In this document: piece by piece, positions 32,244 through 44,300 of the stretch
Position numbering within the stretch: position 1 is the stretch's first letter
Layout: each line of letters opens with the position of its first letter
Assembly: GCA_003568945.1 (NCBI GenBank)
Contig: BDIP01000018.1
Coordinates: forward strand, 1 to 46,392
DNA: 46,392 bases
Direction: 5' to 3'
DNA from: Kipferlia bialata
Lineage: Eukaryota
Notes under the pieces: generated by a model
What the model saw: only the letters and a program-made list of their open reading frames with translations
Database searches by the model: none
What the model was told of the DNA's origin: nothing
Translations under genes and position numbers: made by a program

Positions 32244-33925
32244 ACATATATATATCTTAATACTGGACGATCCTCTCTTTACACACAGACACACTGCCTG
32301 GGGTTAGATTGAAAGGTCTATATGCACAAACGGGGTTGTCAAGGATTGAAAGAGGTAATGGTGAGAGCAACGCAACGTATAAATACATTTGTATATATAT
32401 AGCATTGTTGACGCTGTAAAGAGCTCCAGGTACTCTGTGTTGGATACAGGCTGAATTGCATCGGAGTATACCTACATACACACATATATGTATATGTGTA
32501 TGTAGAGTATACATATGCACCTATCCATACATTCATATACAATTTCATACACCCATGTATACATATACATTCAGCACTCACTTAAGAACCCTTGGTACTC
32601 TGCGTTGGATACTGCCTGCACTGCATCTGAGTAGGAGAACTCGGGGCGGCACTCACAGGTATAATCTGTGAAGTGTGAGAGAGAAAGGGAGATATAGGGG
32701 GGGGAGGGGGAGTATGAGAACTCAGAGAGGCACACACATGAATTTTCTAGGGGTGAGATAGAGAGAGAGAGAGGGAGAGAGTAAGAGAGAATGGGAGATG
32801 AGTCGAAAGAGTGAGAGAGAGAGTAAGAAAGAGTTGGCGGTATACCGAATGGGGGGGGGGGGGGGAGAGAGAGGGCGAGGGGGGGAGTACTCAGAGTTGT
32901 ATTAGACAATCTAACATGCACCTAGATTATACACATATATGAGTGTCCTGGTAGGTGAGTCGGAGACATAGGACAAGACGGAGTGATCGTGAGGCAATTG
33001 TACACACAATTCAGAACGATCAATAGAGTGCAGTGTGGTATTGTACCATGCCTGCAAATGCAGGGATAACATATAGCTCAATATATATTTGTACATAATT
33101 GGCATACCTGTCCCCATGTCAATTGTACACACAACATAGTATTGTACTATGCCTACAAATACAGGGATCACATATGGTTATATATTTATATGTCTTCACG
33201 GCTAAGACATACCTGTCCCCATGTCAGTGTTGAGCTGGTCCAGCAGATGACAGTTCAATACTAAATACTATATTATCATGTACACCCATGGATATAGTAT
33301 ACACCATGTACTTACCTGTCCCCATGTCAAGGTTGAGCTGGTCCAGCAGATGAATATAAATATCACACAACATATACATGGGTATATGTATAATAGTATA
33401 CACTTGCTATATTATAGTATATATACATATATATACACTATGTACTTACCTGTCCCCATGTCAATGTTGAGCTGGTCCAGTAAATCATACACTAGTCCAG
33501 CTGGATGTCAGTGTATGTGTACATGTAGGCTGATATATATTGGGTATATGAAGCAGATCATACACCAGTCCCGCTGGGGGTGAGCAGTGAAAGAGAGAGA
33601 AGTGGGTTTGGAACGGAACGTTGTATGGAATAGTACAGTGTATGTGTTTGCACTCACTTGGGTCCTCATTCTCTGGGCAGTCTGCAAAGGGCATGCCCAG
33701 CACAGTCACAAAGGTGGTGGGTGGGGCGTCAGCCCCATCTGTCTCACTGAGAGAGAGGGTACCCTCTATCCGAGTGGGGGGTGGGGTGGAAGCAGCTCTT
33801 GGTGCGTGAGGCGTACTCTCTAAGGCACTACTGTCAGCTGATGCTTGCGTGTAGGCACTACCACATAGCACCAGGTCCAATAGGGAGAACACCGCTACTA
33901 GGAAGATAACACCCGCATACGGCAT
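28288..33925 (-). CDS. ionotropic glutamate receptor-like ligand-gated channel, paralog A (SP-S1-M1-P-M3-S2-M4, no ATD), about 16 exons
   Basis: Signal peptide MPYAGVIFLVAVFSLLDLVLC; S1 FVTVLGMPF, GLVYDLLDQL, SVSVSKDRIVQDITYTVPWYETAIAFAV; M1 WALLEPL...NILSLILLSHLVLANLMYVCE; pore LWLSVLGW; IRTAGARLL; M3 VLMALYLSAVTV; S2 AMNVSLVDMKEDGRL...EW; M4 WAVLGYSIVALWLLGLFIY. Last exon (28326-28288) is tentative. Confidence 0.8.
30819..30890. other. assembly gap (N run) inside an intron
   Basis: Run of N. Confidence 0.99.
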
Positions 33926-34099
33926 CACCCAGGTACGCTGCAACACACAAGCAACACCAGTGCACGAGCTAGAGTGACTGAAGGAAGAGAGTGTCATGAA
34001 AACTGCCCAAACTTGTCAAACAGTCCATTTTTGGCTTTCGGTTCTCAACAGGGTGAACTTGTCTCTCTCTACCGCTACTGCCGAAGCGCATCAGCAGGA
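33926..34099. promoter_or_regulatory. putative bidirectional promoter between the two iGluR-like genes
   Basis: 174 bp separates the divergent ATGs at 33925 (-) and 34100 (+). No specific motif assigned. Confidence 0.55.
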
Positions 34100-37000
34100 A
34101 TGCGGCTCTGGCGTGCATTGCACCTGTTGCTGTTAGTACTTGCTGTGTGTGATGTTGTGTGTGGTGTGGATCAGGGGGAGGGGGCAGTTGTGACTAGTAC
34201 CCTCAGTACCGACACTGACACACACATACTGACAGACACACCTGCGTTGCCAGAGTCCTTCGTGACTGTGCTGCTGCCACCCTATGCATACTGTGATGCG
34301 ACTGGAGAGACAGAGCCATGTGAGTGCGATACACACTGTGTATATGTACTTCATTGCATACTCTTATACTCTGTATATGCTGTATCAAGCCCACTCTCCC
34401 ACTTCATCGTTATCTTCCCATTCCCTCACTCCACCAGGTAGCTTTGCCATTTACTTGTCTTCTCTGTCACGCCCCCCCTCTGAAACATGTAGCTCTCCCG
34501 ATATCCAGTCTCTCTTACCCCCCCTCCTCTCCCTCTTGCGTCACTCCAGGTCTGCTAGGTCCTAAACATTCAGCCTCTCTCTCTCTTGCCCTCTTTCTCT
34601 TATCAATAGATGGCGTTGTTATTGACCTTCGCTCCCCCTCCCTCTTTCTCTCTCTCTCTCTTTCTCTCTCATCAATAGATGGCTTTGTCTTTGACCTCCT
34701 TGACCAGCTCAACGATGCCATGAGGACAGGTGAGGATGCGATATATTGCATATATATACTCACAGTACATACACTCTTGAATATACTAGACACTATATAT
34801 ACTATATATATATGTACATAACGATGCCATGCGGACAGGTGAGTCTTAGTATGCATAGTGCATGTATATTACACTCAAACCATTCCGAGTATATACTCTA
34901 TATACTCTATATGTACTATACTTACTATATATACTATATATACTATATATGTATCCGGCATGTAGAAGCTCATCACTGACCTCACTCCACTATCGCTCCC
35001 CCCCCTCACGAAAGACTGAACATTGCATGGTTATCTCTCTCCCTCTCCCTCCCTTGCCCCACACTAACAGTAGACTACACGATAGAGTGCCGTGACATGT
35101 CGTTTGACCAGGCCGTGGCTGCTGTGTCTGACAACGAGTACGCAGTATTCCTAAGTGAGTGAGGCCAACTGTCCCGATGCTACAACAGTCTCCAATATAT
35201 CTTCAACACCAGTATATTCTTAAATTCCTAAAGTATTATATATTTCTTTCACGTTGTATCTTCCTAACCCTAGACTACCTCGGCCAAGAGAGTGTGGTCC
35301 AGGTCATCATACACTCATATGTATATATATATATATACATGTAAATATGTCCTGTACATATTCCTTATAACATGCCTAACCCCCAGACTCCGTCTCTCTC
35401 AACCAGGACAGAGTGGTCCAGAACATCAGATACAGTGTGCCATACCATGAGTCAGGGATAGCGTTTGCAGTCCCATGCGACAGTACGTGTACCACTATCT
35501 CTCTCCCTTTGTCTATCTTGACCTTCTTTGACATATCTTGACATATCTTGACCCCCAGAGGCCAGCAGCGACTGGGCCATGATAGAGCCAATCAGTAGCC
35601 CGGTAGGTACAAGCAATGATGTCTCTCTCTTATAGGTCTCTATATCTGTCTGCATACATCCCTTACCACTAGCTGTCAACGTGCTCTCCCTGATCCTGCT
35701 GTCCCACTTGGTCCTGGCAAACCTCATGTGCGTCTCCCTCTCACCCTGTCTAATGTGTTGCAAAGTGATTAGTGAGCGTCAGCCTATGATATCTCTATGT
35801 CTCAGTCACTGGTGTGTTAGTGTAGGGTGTAGTAGATCCAGCATCTTTATGAATATACTGTGACGAGTATTATAGAGTCAGGTATATTGTGTATTCAGTA
35901 TCCATATTGCCCCTCATCCCAGGTATGTGAGTGGGTGCGCAGGAGGACCAGTATCTATATACACATATTATGAATACACATATATTCATGCAGACATACC
36001 TATATATATATATACTGCTCTAACATCCCAGGTATGTCTGTGAGTGGCTGGGCAGTAGGACCAGTAGAAGAGAGGCATACAGCTCCAAGGCACTTCTGTT
36101 GCTGTGGCTCAGTGTCCTAGGTATGTACATATCTACAATTTGTGACTATACACAAGGGTATGGCTCGCTTCACGATATATACACGACACGAGACACTATG
36201 CTTTGGCTACTGTATAGATCTACCATAACCTCCAGGCTGGGACCTAGTTGGTATCAAGACTGCTGGGGCCAGACTGGTCCATATTACTATATTACTATTG
36301 TTACTTTTCTTAATTTCTGCCCTACGCAGGTCGTACTGTAGAGTCTCTGACCCCTAGGCTGGGACCTAGTGGGTATCAAGACTGCTGGGGCCAGACTATT
36401 AGCATTCTTGGACACACTGGTATGTATGTATCCCTCTATCTGTTTTGTTGTGTAGTTCCTGCTCTGGCAGCACTCCATGCCAGTTGTCACACGGCAATTG
36501 CCGCTATCCACTGATTCACATTTGTACACATAGACTATTACAATAACCCTGATCATGAGGTTGTTCCTGTTAATATGGCCTTGTACCTCTCGGTCTCTCT
36601 CTCTCTATCCCTCTCGCTCTAACTGTAAATCCCTCACTCTCTCTACCTCTAGATGGCGACTATCCACATGGTTCTGTGTTACCCTAATCTCCAGATAGCT
36701 ACTATCCTCATGGCCCTGTGCCTCTCTCTCTCTCTAACTATCTAACTCTCTGTCCCTCCCTCCCTCACCTAAGATTGCTGCTATCCTCATGGCCCTGTAC
36801 CTGTCTGCTGTTACTGTGGAGAGTGTGTCCAACACTTCTCTATCCTTCGACACATCTGACCTGGAGGGGGTGTCAATAGGTACGCATATTCCCTGTCACA
36901 CATTGTCACCTCATCGAGTTACTTCCACCAACTCTCTTCCTTGATATTTGTCACGCTTTGTCACACAGTCCTAACGTGTAGGAATTGAACCAGACAACGC

Positions 37001-38836
37001 TTTCTGGGTATGGATGGCTGAGACCGGTGCCGACAATGTGGAGTATGAGGCAGATGTGTTTGAAACATGCCTCGATGACCTTTTGATATCAAGTGAGTAT
37101 TCTGTAACCGAATTTACTATTAGTTTCATGTATTTATCGCAATTTCCTGTCTGGCCACCTTGTAACTCACCCAGACTCCTCAATATCTAACACCTTATTG
37201 TTGGCTGTTTCGTGACAAGTTATGACATGTATCCAACTCCAGACTCCCCTATATCTGCCTGTGCTGGTGACAAGGACCTCATCAACCACATGGTCAAGGA
37301 GCACTCGGGGGATGTGTGTGTACTGCCACAGGTATACACTGTATACTATACAGCCATTCATGTAGTATTAGGGACACACAATAGTATCAGACTGTCTGAG
37401 ATACCATTATATAAATAGTATTTTGCAGAGGGTTGTACACATGTACACTTACTACAGGTAGCTAATATCCAAGGTGTCTATAGCATAGTGTATATAGCAT
37501 ACATTATATAATACATGTGTATGTAGTTTAACCTAAACACGTGTAATGCTTACCTCAGGTTGCCAACATCCAAGGTGTCTACAGCGTTGTGTCCAAGGAC
37601 CTGCCTGGCCTGACAAAAGATATCAACGTGGCACTGGTCACACTCATGAATGATGGAAGGTATATAGTATATATTATATACACTATATACTATACTGAGG
37701 TATGTCCTATACACTATAGCTATCCATGTCGATATATGTATATATATATATATATGTGTGTGTGTATATGATGTAATGTGGCACTGGTCACACTCATGAA
37801 AGATGGAAGGTATTCACTCTCTCTTTCACTCTCTCTCTATATATATGTGTATATGACTACTGTTCTTCAATGGTGGCACTGGTCTCACTCATGATTGATG
37901 GGAGGTATATAGCTCTAAGCCTTCCACGTGTACATATATACATACATATATAGCATGTGTATATGCTATATAGCTATGGATATAGTCTGACCCCCAGGAT
38001 GGACTACCTCGTCAACACGTTGATTGATAAGGAGTGCATATTTCTACACAAAGTATATCCTCGCAGATATGTATACACACACGTATTTAGATATATATGA
38101 GTGACCCCCAGGATGGACTATCTCATCAGCAAGTGGTTGAGTGATGCCCCGACAACAGCAGGATATAGCTATGAGGTACAGTATATAATTAATATATATG
38201 GATACAGCTATGAGGTATGATATACTAGCTCATAAGGCTGATATTCTGTTGCTCAGTAACTGTGATATCTAAAAGATAGTCATTATCTCTAGTACACTCT
38301 ATATAGATACGCCACAGGGTTTGCTATCATAGGACTTGATGTGCACTCACATACAGCCTAGAGTATCATGATATCGTATATCAATATGTGTTCATTTTCC
38401 ATATGACTATAAGCTTACCCTCAGGTCACCAAGTGGGCTATCATAGGCTTCGCAGCGGTTGCCATATGGCTTATTGTAATGTTCTACTGTCAGGTATTGG
38501 TGTCTGGTATACATATAGATGACAACTGACTGAGACATGTATATATATATGGCTATATGTTTTTACGATGATGCAAGTATATGTCAGGTACCCAAATTGC
38601 TAGTCTTCCACTTGTAAGTACCCTGCCATTCTACCATCGCTATATTATTGTGTTCTTAGAGTCATTTTAGTCTTACATGTATTGTAAGAGTGAACAATCT
38701 CAAAGCTACCACTGCCTCGCTCTCTTATTATTTATTATCATTGCTATTCTATTGTTCAGTGTACTCTGTCTTTAACTCTCAGGCGTCCCTCAAGACTGCG
38801 TCTTCCAGAGACATACCAAAGAGAGCAGTCCCATAG
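34100..38836 (+). CDS. ionotropic glutamate receptor-like ligand-gated channel, paralog B, about 15 exons; frame of last exon uncertain (stop at 38836, 38902 or 39001)
   Basis: Signal peptide MRLWRALHLLLLVLAVC; S1 FVTVLLPPY, YGFVFDLLDQL, SVSLNQDRVVQNIRYSVPYHESGIAFAV; M1 NVLSLILLSHLVLANLMYVCE; pore LWLSVLGW; IKTAGARLL; M3 ILMALYLSAVTV; S2 DINVALVTLMNDGRMDYLISKW; M4 WAIIGFAAVAIWLIVMFY. Collinear with paralog A. Confidence 0.8.
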
Positions 38837-39406
38837 AAGGGACAGCGAGGGGGAGAGAGAGAGAGACAGAGAGAGAAGAGAGAGACATTCCAAAGAGAGT
38901 AGTCGCCTAGCAGAGACAGAGGAGTCTTATGGAACGAGACGAGGTATGGGTGTAAAGAAGAGAGAGAGAAAGAGTGTTGGTCAACGCGTTTTCAAGACTA
39001 GAGACCTTCTGGGACTCTTGGGGCCACACTTCCTCAGTGGAATACGTGTCGACTACCCTCTTCAGCAGAGAATATGTCCTACAAATGTAATATAGATGTA
39101 TCATACTATTCTAAGTGACTATAGCGGCTAGAATTTCGCCAGGCAATGTTACAGTGACACAGTAGGATGGAGTTTTACTAACACTATTAGCACAGCAATT
39201 ATTGATGCACATTCTAACAGGTGTAAGAAATGGAAAGAGAGGGGGAGAGAGAGAGTACATACAACAGATTAAGACTCTTCAGTGCGACTCTACACCTCCC
39301 TGCAGAGTCTGAAAAGCTGAGGTTCTAAAGCATATGTCTACTTTCGGTATCATGTATCTATGCTTAAGATGAGTAGATATGAGTATATGGTCTCTTCACA
39401 TATCTC

Positions 39407-40968
39407 CTAGGCCTGGCTCTGCACCTCCCTGCACAGTCTGACAAGCTTGTTAAGGGTGGAGTAGGGATCGGAGAACACGCGCTTTGTCTGGGCGATAACC
39501 TGCCCTAAGGAGTCGACAGGAGCACACGTATCAGAGAGTCCAGAGGTGTGGTGCAGCTCTATCCACACAAAGTCGACGGCGTCCAGTCCAATAGTGCGCT
39601 CAGCCTATGGGTTGGAGTATACAATGAAATGATATAGGTACATATCTATATGCAGAGAGGACACATAGAGTGTGAGAGTGATACATACCTCTGCAAGGAT
39701 GCGTCTCTGGGCCAGTGTAGGACGGGGAGCACTGCTATCAAGGACAGCTTCTGTGAGAATCTCAGCGGCGGTCAAGACCTCTCCATAACTCAGTCCGTAC
39801 TTTCGGCAGAGGGGGACGACGCTTCCACTGACGAGCTCAGTCACTAGGCGCCTGCCCCTACTTCTCCATTGCCGTCGGTCGTTGGCCGAAACACCAGGCA
39901 TGTAACTCGCATCTCCCAGCAGCAACAGGGGCGTATAGTCAAAGTGGCTGACGCCAAGTGGGTCGAGGGGGACAAGGTCTTCAACGTGAACCGGAGGCCT
40001 ACCCCTATCCTCTCCCTCTCTCTGGGTCTCAGAAGCACTCGATCTTTCAAGGTGAAGGTCTGGCATTGACTCCTATCTAAATGAGGGAGCTACAGGTAAC
40101 TGGGCTTTGGGTGAGAGGGAGAGGGGGGGGGGGCGAAGTCAAGATATGCATGCATGCATGTATGTGAAGGGAAGATATGTGGTGGGAGTATGTATCAATA
40201 GTATACGTGGTGTATATAGTATATCACAATGTGATTGAGGGATAAATATATAATTTATGATAGTATCGCCGCTTCCACCCCATGCGTGTGATGATAAATT
40301 GAGAGAGAGAGATGTCTCAACAAGTAACCAAAAGATGAGGGGGGACGGGGGNNNNNNNNNNNNNNNNNNNNNNNNNNNNNNNNNNNNNNNNNNNNNNNNN
40401 NNNNNNNNNNNNNNNNNNNNNNNNNNNNNNNNNNNNNNNNNNNNNNNNNNNNNNNNNNNNNNNNNNNNNNNNNNNNNNNNNNNNNNNNNNNNNNNNNNNN
40501 NNNNNNNNNNNNNNNNNNNNNNNNNNNNNNNNNNNNNNNNNNNNCCCCCTCTACACCCTTATTCTCTCTTATCAGGGATAACAACTCTAAGGGACAGACA
40601 AACATATTCGTGTAATGTATTGATCTCTACCTGCTTCTCCCTCTCGGCCTCTTTCTCCTTCAGGCGTCTGATCTCAGCTCTCAACTCGGCCACGTGTGCC
40701 CTTTCAGGCTGTGTGTCAGAGACGTATTCATGTGAGAATAGCCGAGATTATCAGTATCTACAGTGTGCATTAGCAGCATGAGAGAGGAGTATGAGCTATG
40801 GAATCCCATAGCACCATTTCAAGCCTCTACATGGGATCATATACCAATAGGGTACCATGGTAGCTATATGGTACAATATTGGGGATGTGTGGCTGTATAT
40901 AGTAACTTGACATGTTGCACTCAGTTCTCACTCACCACGGCTTCAGCCTTCTCAGCGGCACTTGTCAT
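39407..40968 (-). CDS. hypothetical protein (short N-terminal coiled coil), multi-exon, spans an N gap
   Basis: Exons near 40968-40936 (MTSAAEKAEAV), 40709-40632 (PERAHVAELRAEIRRLKEKE), ~40073-39689 and ~39604-39407 (AERTIGLDAVDFVW...QSQA*), with GT-AG borders. Linkage across the gap is unverified. Confidence 0.55.
40352..40544. other. assembly gap (N run)
   Basis: Run of N flanked by G and C runs. Confidence 0.99.
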
Positions 40969-41365
40969 TTGTTGGGCACTTGCAGACAACCACGGTCCGT
41001 CCTATAAGGCACTAAGGCTGCTGTGGACCAGTACCCTGTCGCTATGGGTGGTGGAGAGGACCGTACACGACAAAACAAGATGCTCAAGTGTATAGTCAAA
41101 AACAACAAAGGGGTTCATTTAGACAAACACAAGGGGTGTAGTATCAATGAGGGTACTCAATTAAATTGGCCGAATACTGGACAAATGCCTTTGAATATAT
41201 GGTTCTTTTGTTGTGTGTGATAATCTAGAAGAAGACTAGACGTGAAACTGAGGGTATTTCACCAAAGGTATGATGACTTCATTACAGTATATTCAGCGTT
41301 TAGGTAAATATTAATTAAATATTAATACTTAATATTGTAGGTATATACTTAATATTGTATACGGA

Positions 41366-44300
41366 TTACAATAATGCCAGTGGGTCAAACTCCACCTCCT
41401 CGCCCTCCTCCTCAACCGCACCCCAATCATCACCGCCCAGGGGGTTGTTGTCCTTGGACTCCTCCTCATTAGACCACTCGTCCTCACTGACCTGGGCAGG
41501 AGCAGGGGCACTCGTCAGACTCCTCGAAGTCAGACTCAGACGCCTCAGCAGGGGGAACCACCTCAGTCTCCTGGAACCTGAGTGCCTTAGCAAGGGGGTC
41601 GACAACCTCAGCCTCAACCTCTGGCTCTAGGGCCTCATCTATGAAGGAGAGAGGGTCAACCTCCTTCACCTCTACCTCAGCCACTGGCTCTCCAACAACT
41701 ACCCGCCTCTCCATCCTGAGACCATCAGCCTTGACCATCATGCCCACCCCACTCACTGGCAGCATATCCTCAACAGCCTCTGAAGGGAGAGCTGCGACAC
41801 CTACTCTTAGCACCTTAGCCACCTGGGGAAGGTGTGCATAGCGAGAGAGGCTGTGGACTACTCTGGCACGCTCAGCCTAGAGGTGAGTGGGCAATACACT
41901 ATATGATTATACACTATGTAAGCACTCTATGTATATACTATATCACAATACCTACGAAGAATATCAGCTGAGTATAGAAGAGTAACAGTGGAGTAAAGGG
42001 AGTACCTGTGCAGTGCGTAGAGTCGCTACTCTCTGCCTGATGGTCCTGGCCTGGTTGAGGATAGCCTGTCTCTCCACAGAGCTGAGGGTGCGCTTCTTGG
42101 CCTGGACCTAGGTTAGCACAAGTGGTGGTTGATGTACTAATAGTGCAATGAAGTGAGTGGACTCACTTCGCATTCTCAATACGCATACTGATAACACTCA
42201 CAACATGTAGCTACTGTATATACTGCGTGTTAGTCACATACTTTCTGCAGCTCTGCCTCGTACTCCTCGTCCCGGCCTCTCATACATGGACGTAGCGCCG
42301 TTTGGTATCACATATAGTAGAAACATAATTTTAGATACCAATATCGAGTATTCTTCCCCTGTAACAATAGTGTTGTATATATGCAGTACAGTGCACAAAC
42401 TCTCACCTCCTGCACCTCTGCCTCGTACTCCTCGTCCTGGATGGTGTCATCAGAGACTACCTCTAAGGTACTGAGGGTGGCCAGTAGTGCCTGGGATTAG
42501 ACACACACAAATGTTTCACTTCCCAGTATAGAAGCTACATGGAACTCCATGTGCTCCTGAGCAACCTCTAATGTATATCATCACCTCACAAGTCGAATAT
42601 AGCTAATTGCAGTACGTATACCCAGTGTAGAGTTACTGCATGTATCATCTAATCGTTAGTATGTCTGGTGATACCTGGGACTCCCTGTGCTCCTGTGCCA
42701 GAGAGGCAAGGACGGGAATGAGGGCCTCACACCTAGAGTAAGTCGCTATTTATCCACACACCCATTTGCAAACACAAACGGCTACTCATATGCATTCTCT
42801 GCTCTAATCCATATATATACATGTATGTATCTATGGATTTATTAACACATATTTATCCGTACCTCTTGATAAGGTCAGCACACTCCTGCATATCTGGTGT
42901 CACAAGGTCCTCAAGCTGCTTCTTGCATGCCTCTATCGCAGACTGGGTAAGACGGAGATACTCTAATACTCGTCGTGTTACGTATATTGAATTTTGTATG
43001 AGAACAAACACCACATACCACTTTTGGATAGAAACGTATTATATTCTAAGAGTCTGGAAAGATCATTGTAAATACACACCTGGCAATCTATGACACCTCC
43101 TGCACTCTGGAACAGAGTCCTCACTGAGTCATTGTGACTGGAAGGTGAGTGAATAACTACATGTATACACGCTAGAACTCTAACAACATAAATGTAAAAT
43201 GAACACAACATATATGATTCATTAGGCTTACAGCAGCTAGCGTCAAAAGATGATTCAAGGAGATGACAAGACTGCCCAAGGAACTATGCTTGAACTATCA
43301 TATGGACACCAATTTCATTGTGAAGACACACACAACGTTCACATACCCCTCTAGCTGACAGTACTTTCTCTTGTTGGAGAGGGTCAGAGTAGCCATGTTC
43401 CCAGGAAGAGGTATGACAAAGGCAGAGTTAACACCTGGGATCAGTACATATGTATATGGATACACTAGTTTCAACTTGCTGGGATTGTCCATATTCATAC
43501 TAATATACTATTATGTTACTGTTGTGTGTGTGATACAAGAAGGGAAATATCCAAGGCAGTGCTAACACGTAGTATTCAAGCAGATCCATCTGGAGAGTAT
43601 CCAGTGGATACCACACACTTCAACTGCTAAGACTGAGAATGGAACCATAACATACACTACTTTCCATCAGCTTGACTGCTCCATATACAGGACATTATTA
43701 GTATAGTATGGATGACTATGTAAGAATGAATCTGTTACACACAATGCTCACACTCGTAAGTATATACTCCGTACCTTCCATCAGCTCCACTGCATCCTCT
43801 AGCATGGCCTTGCTCTCTGCGACACTGAATATGGGGGTGTCCTGCTGTTAGTAGTGAAAGAGGTAAGAAGAACAAATACAGACAAACTTTCTAACTGACA
43901 ACGATACTGGTAGACATACTATGTGTTAGTACTATGCCGGAGTGAGAAACAGTGATAACAGGTTATTAGTAAAAGATATACATGTGTACCTTCCCAACCT
44001 TGGGCTCGACAACCTCAACTTCACACTCAGCCTCGGGCTCCTCATCCACGAAGCAGAGAGGGTCAGCAACCTCGGGCTCGGCCTCAGCCTCAGGCTCCTC
44101 ATCCACGAAGGAGAGAGGGTCAGCCTCCTCTACCTCNNNNNNNNNNNNGCTCCTCATCCACGAAGGAGAGAGGGTCAGCCTCCTCTACCTCAGGCTCTAC
44201 CTCCGCCTCTACCTCAGCCTCTGGGGCCTCATCCACGAAGGAGAGAGGGTCAGTCTCCACAGTCGCTGTAGAGACCGGTGCAGGAGTGGGCTTGGGGGTA

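Noticed and set aside
3461..33580. Echo copies as mutually exclusive alternative exons
   Set aside because: Most copies carry only one splice site and part of the exon, and many run into stops or microsatellite; they are not complete cassette exons.
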